Assembly: GCF_001194135.2 (NCBI RefSeq) | Contig: NC_068982.1 | Location: 127,748,094 to 127,780,530, forward strand | Origin: Octopus bimaculoides | Taxonomy: Eukaryota | DNA: 32,437 bases | Direction: 5' to 3' | In this document: piece after piece, positions 32,002 to 32,437 of the stretch | Numbering within the stretch: the stretch's first letter is position 1 | How the letters are laid out: each line of letters starts with the position of its first letter | Made by a program: the position numbers and the translations under genes | Notes under the pieces: model-generated | The model's input: only the letters and a program-made list of their open reading frames with translations | What the model was told of the DNA's origin: nothing | The model's database searches: none

Positions 32002-32087
32002 AATATTTATATATATATGCATATATATAGACATATACATATATATACATATATACATATACATATACATATATATGTATATGCATA
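31923..32087. repeat. (AT)/(GT)/(ATAC)n microsatellite
   Basis: Direct reading. Confidence 0.9.
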
Positions 32088-32088
32088 G

Positions 32089-32437
32089 AATGAATGGGAG
32101 AAAGAGAGCCTGCCGTATGTCGACCCAACAGAGGGACCAGCTATCCGAGTTGACAGTACCAGGGTAGATAAAGCAATTAAGAGTATGAAGATAGGGAAAG
32201 CCCCCGGCCCATCAGGAATCACTGCAGAGATGCTCAAAATATCTGGCAGTGTTGGCTACAGCCTAGTCACCCGTATTACGAACCAGGTGATACACGAAGG
32301 AGTCATACCCAATGACTGGTGTAGCAGCACCATAGTAAACTGCTACAAAGGTAAATGTAACGCTTTAGACACTAATAATTACAGAGGCATCAAGCTGTTA
32401 GATCAGGTTATGAAAGTTACGGAGAGGATCATAGCCC
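32089..32437 (+). mobile_element. RTE-clade reverse transcriptase N-terminal region, running off the window
   Basis: 116 open codons: NEWEKESLPYVDPTEGPAIRVDSTRVDKAIKSMKIGKAPGPSGITAEMLK...IPNDWCSSTIVNCYKGK...NYRGIKLLDQVMKVTERIIA, with the KAPG.DGI.AE.LK, P..W...I...YKGKG and NYRGI.LL motifs. Missed by the ORF track because no stop falls in the window. Confidence 0.92.

Overview
This is AT-rich, repeat-saturated animal genomic DNA from a gapped draft assembly (five N runs). The repeat families look like those of Octopus; that assignment is my recognition, not a search result. I cannot support any host protein-coding gene, rRNA, functional tRNA or CRISPR array. Almost all ORFs in the supplied track are microsatellite or N artefacts. 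The main contents are: (1) tRNA-headed SINEs, given working labels. SINE-A has a head, an internal (GT/AT)n and a tail ending GACTGAAACAAGTAAAAGAG. SINE-B carries a Meta-domain-like TTTCATCCTTTCGGGGTCGATAAA-AAGTACCAG motif. SINE-D and SINE-E share a head but have different tails. (2) RTE-clade LINE 3' ends and RT pieces ending in (GAT)n. (3) One R4/Dong-like 3' end. (4) Several Penelope-like (PLE) fragments. (5) DNA-transposon derivatives with readable termini and target-site duplications (TSDs): two hAT MITEs, a piggyBac-type MITE, a Tc1/mariner fragment plus a MITE, and a 91-bp mini-Helitron. The most striking signal is a set of hammerhead-ribozyme (HHR) motifs from four apparently unrelated sequence contexts (17115, 20029, 21475, 30352/30660). 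One pair lies in a 493-bp foldback PLE-derived element with 170-bp inverted arms and an 8-bp TSD, nested inside two successive SINEs. Other notable structures are a possible RTE 5'-inversion at the window end, an 88-nt pre-miRNA-like hairpin and a 79-bp locally templated insertion.
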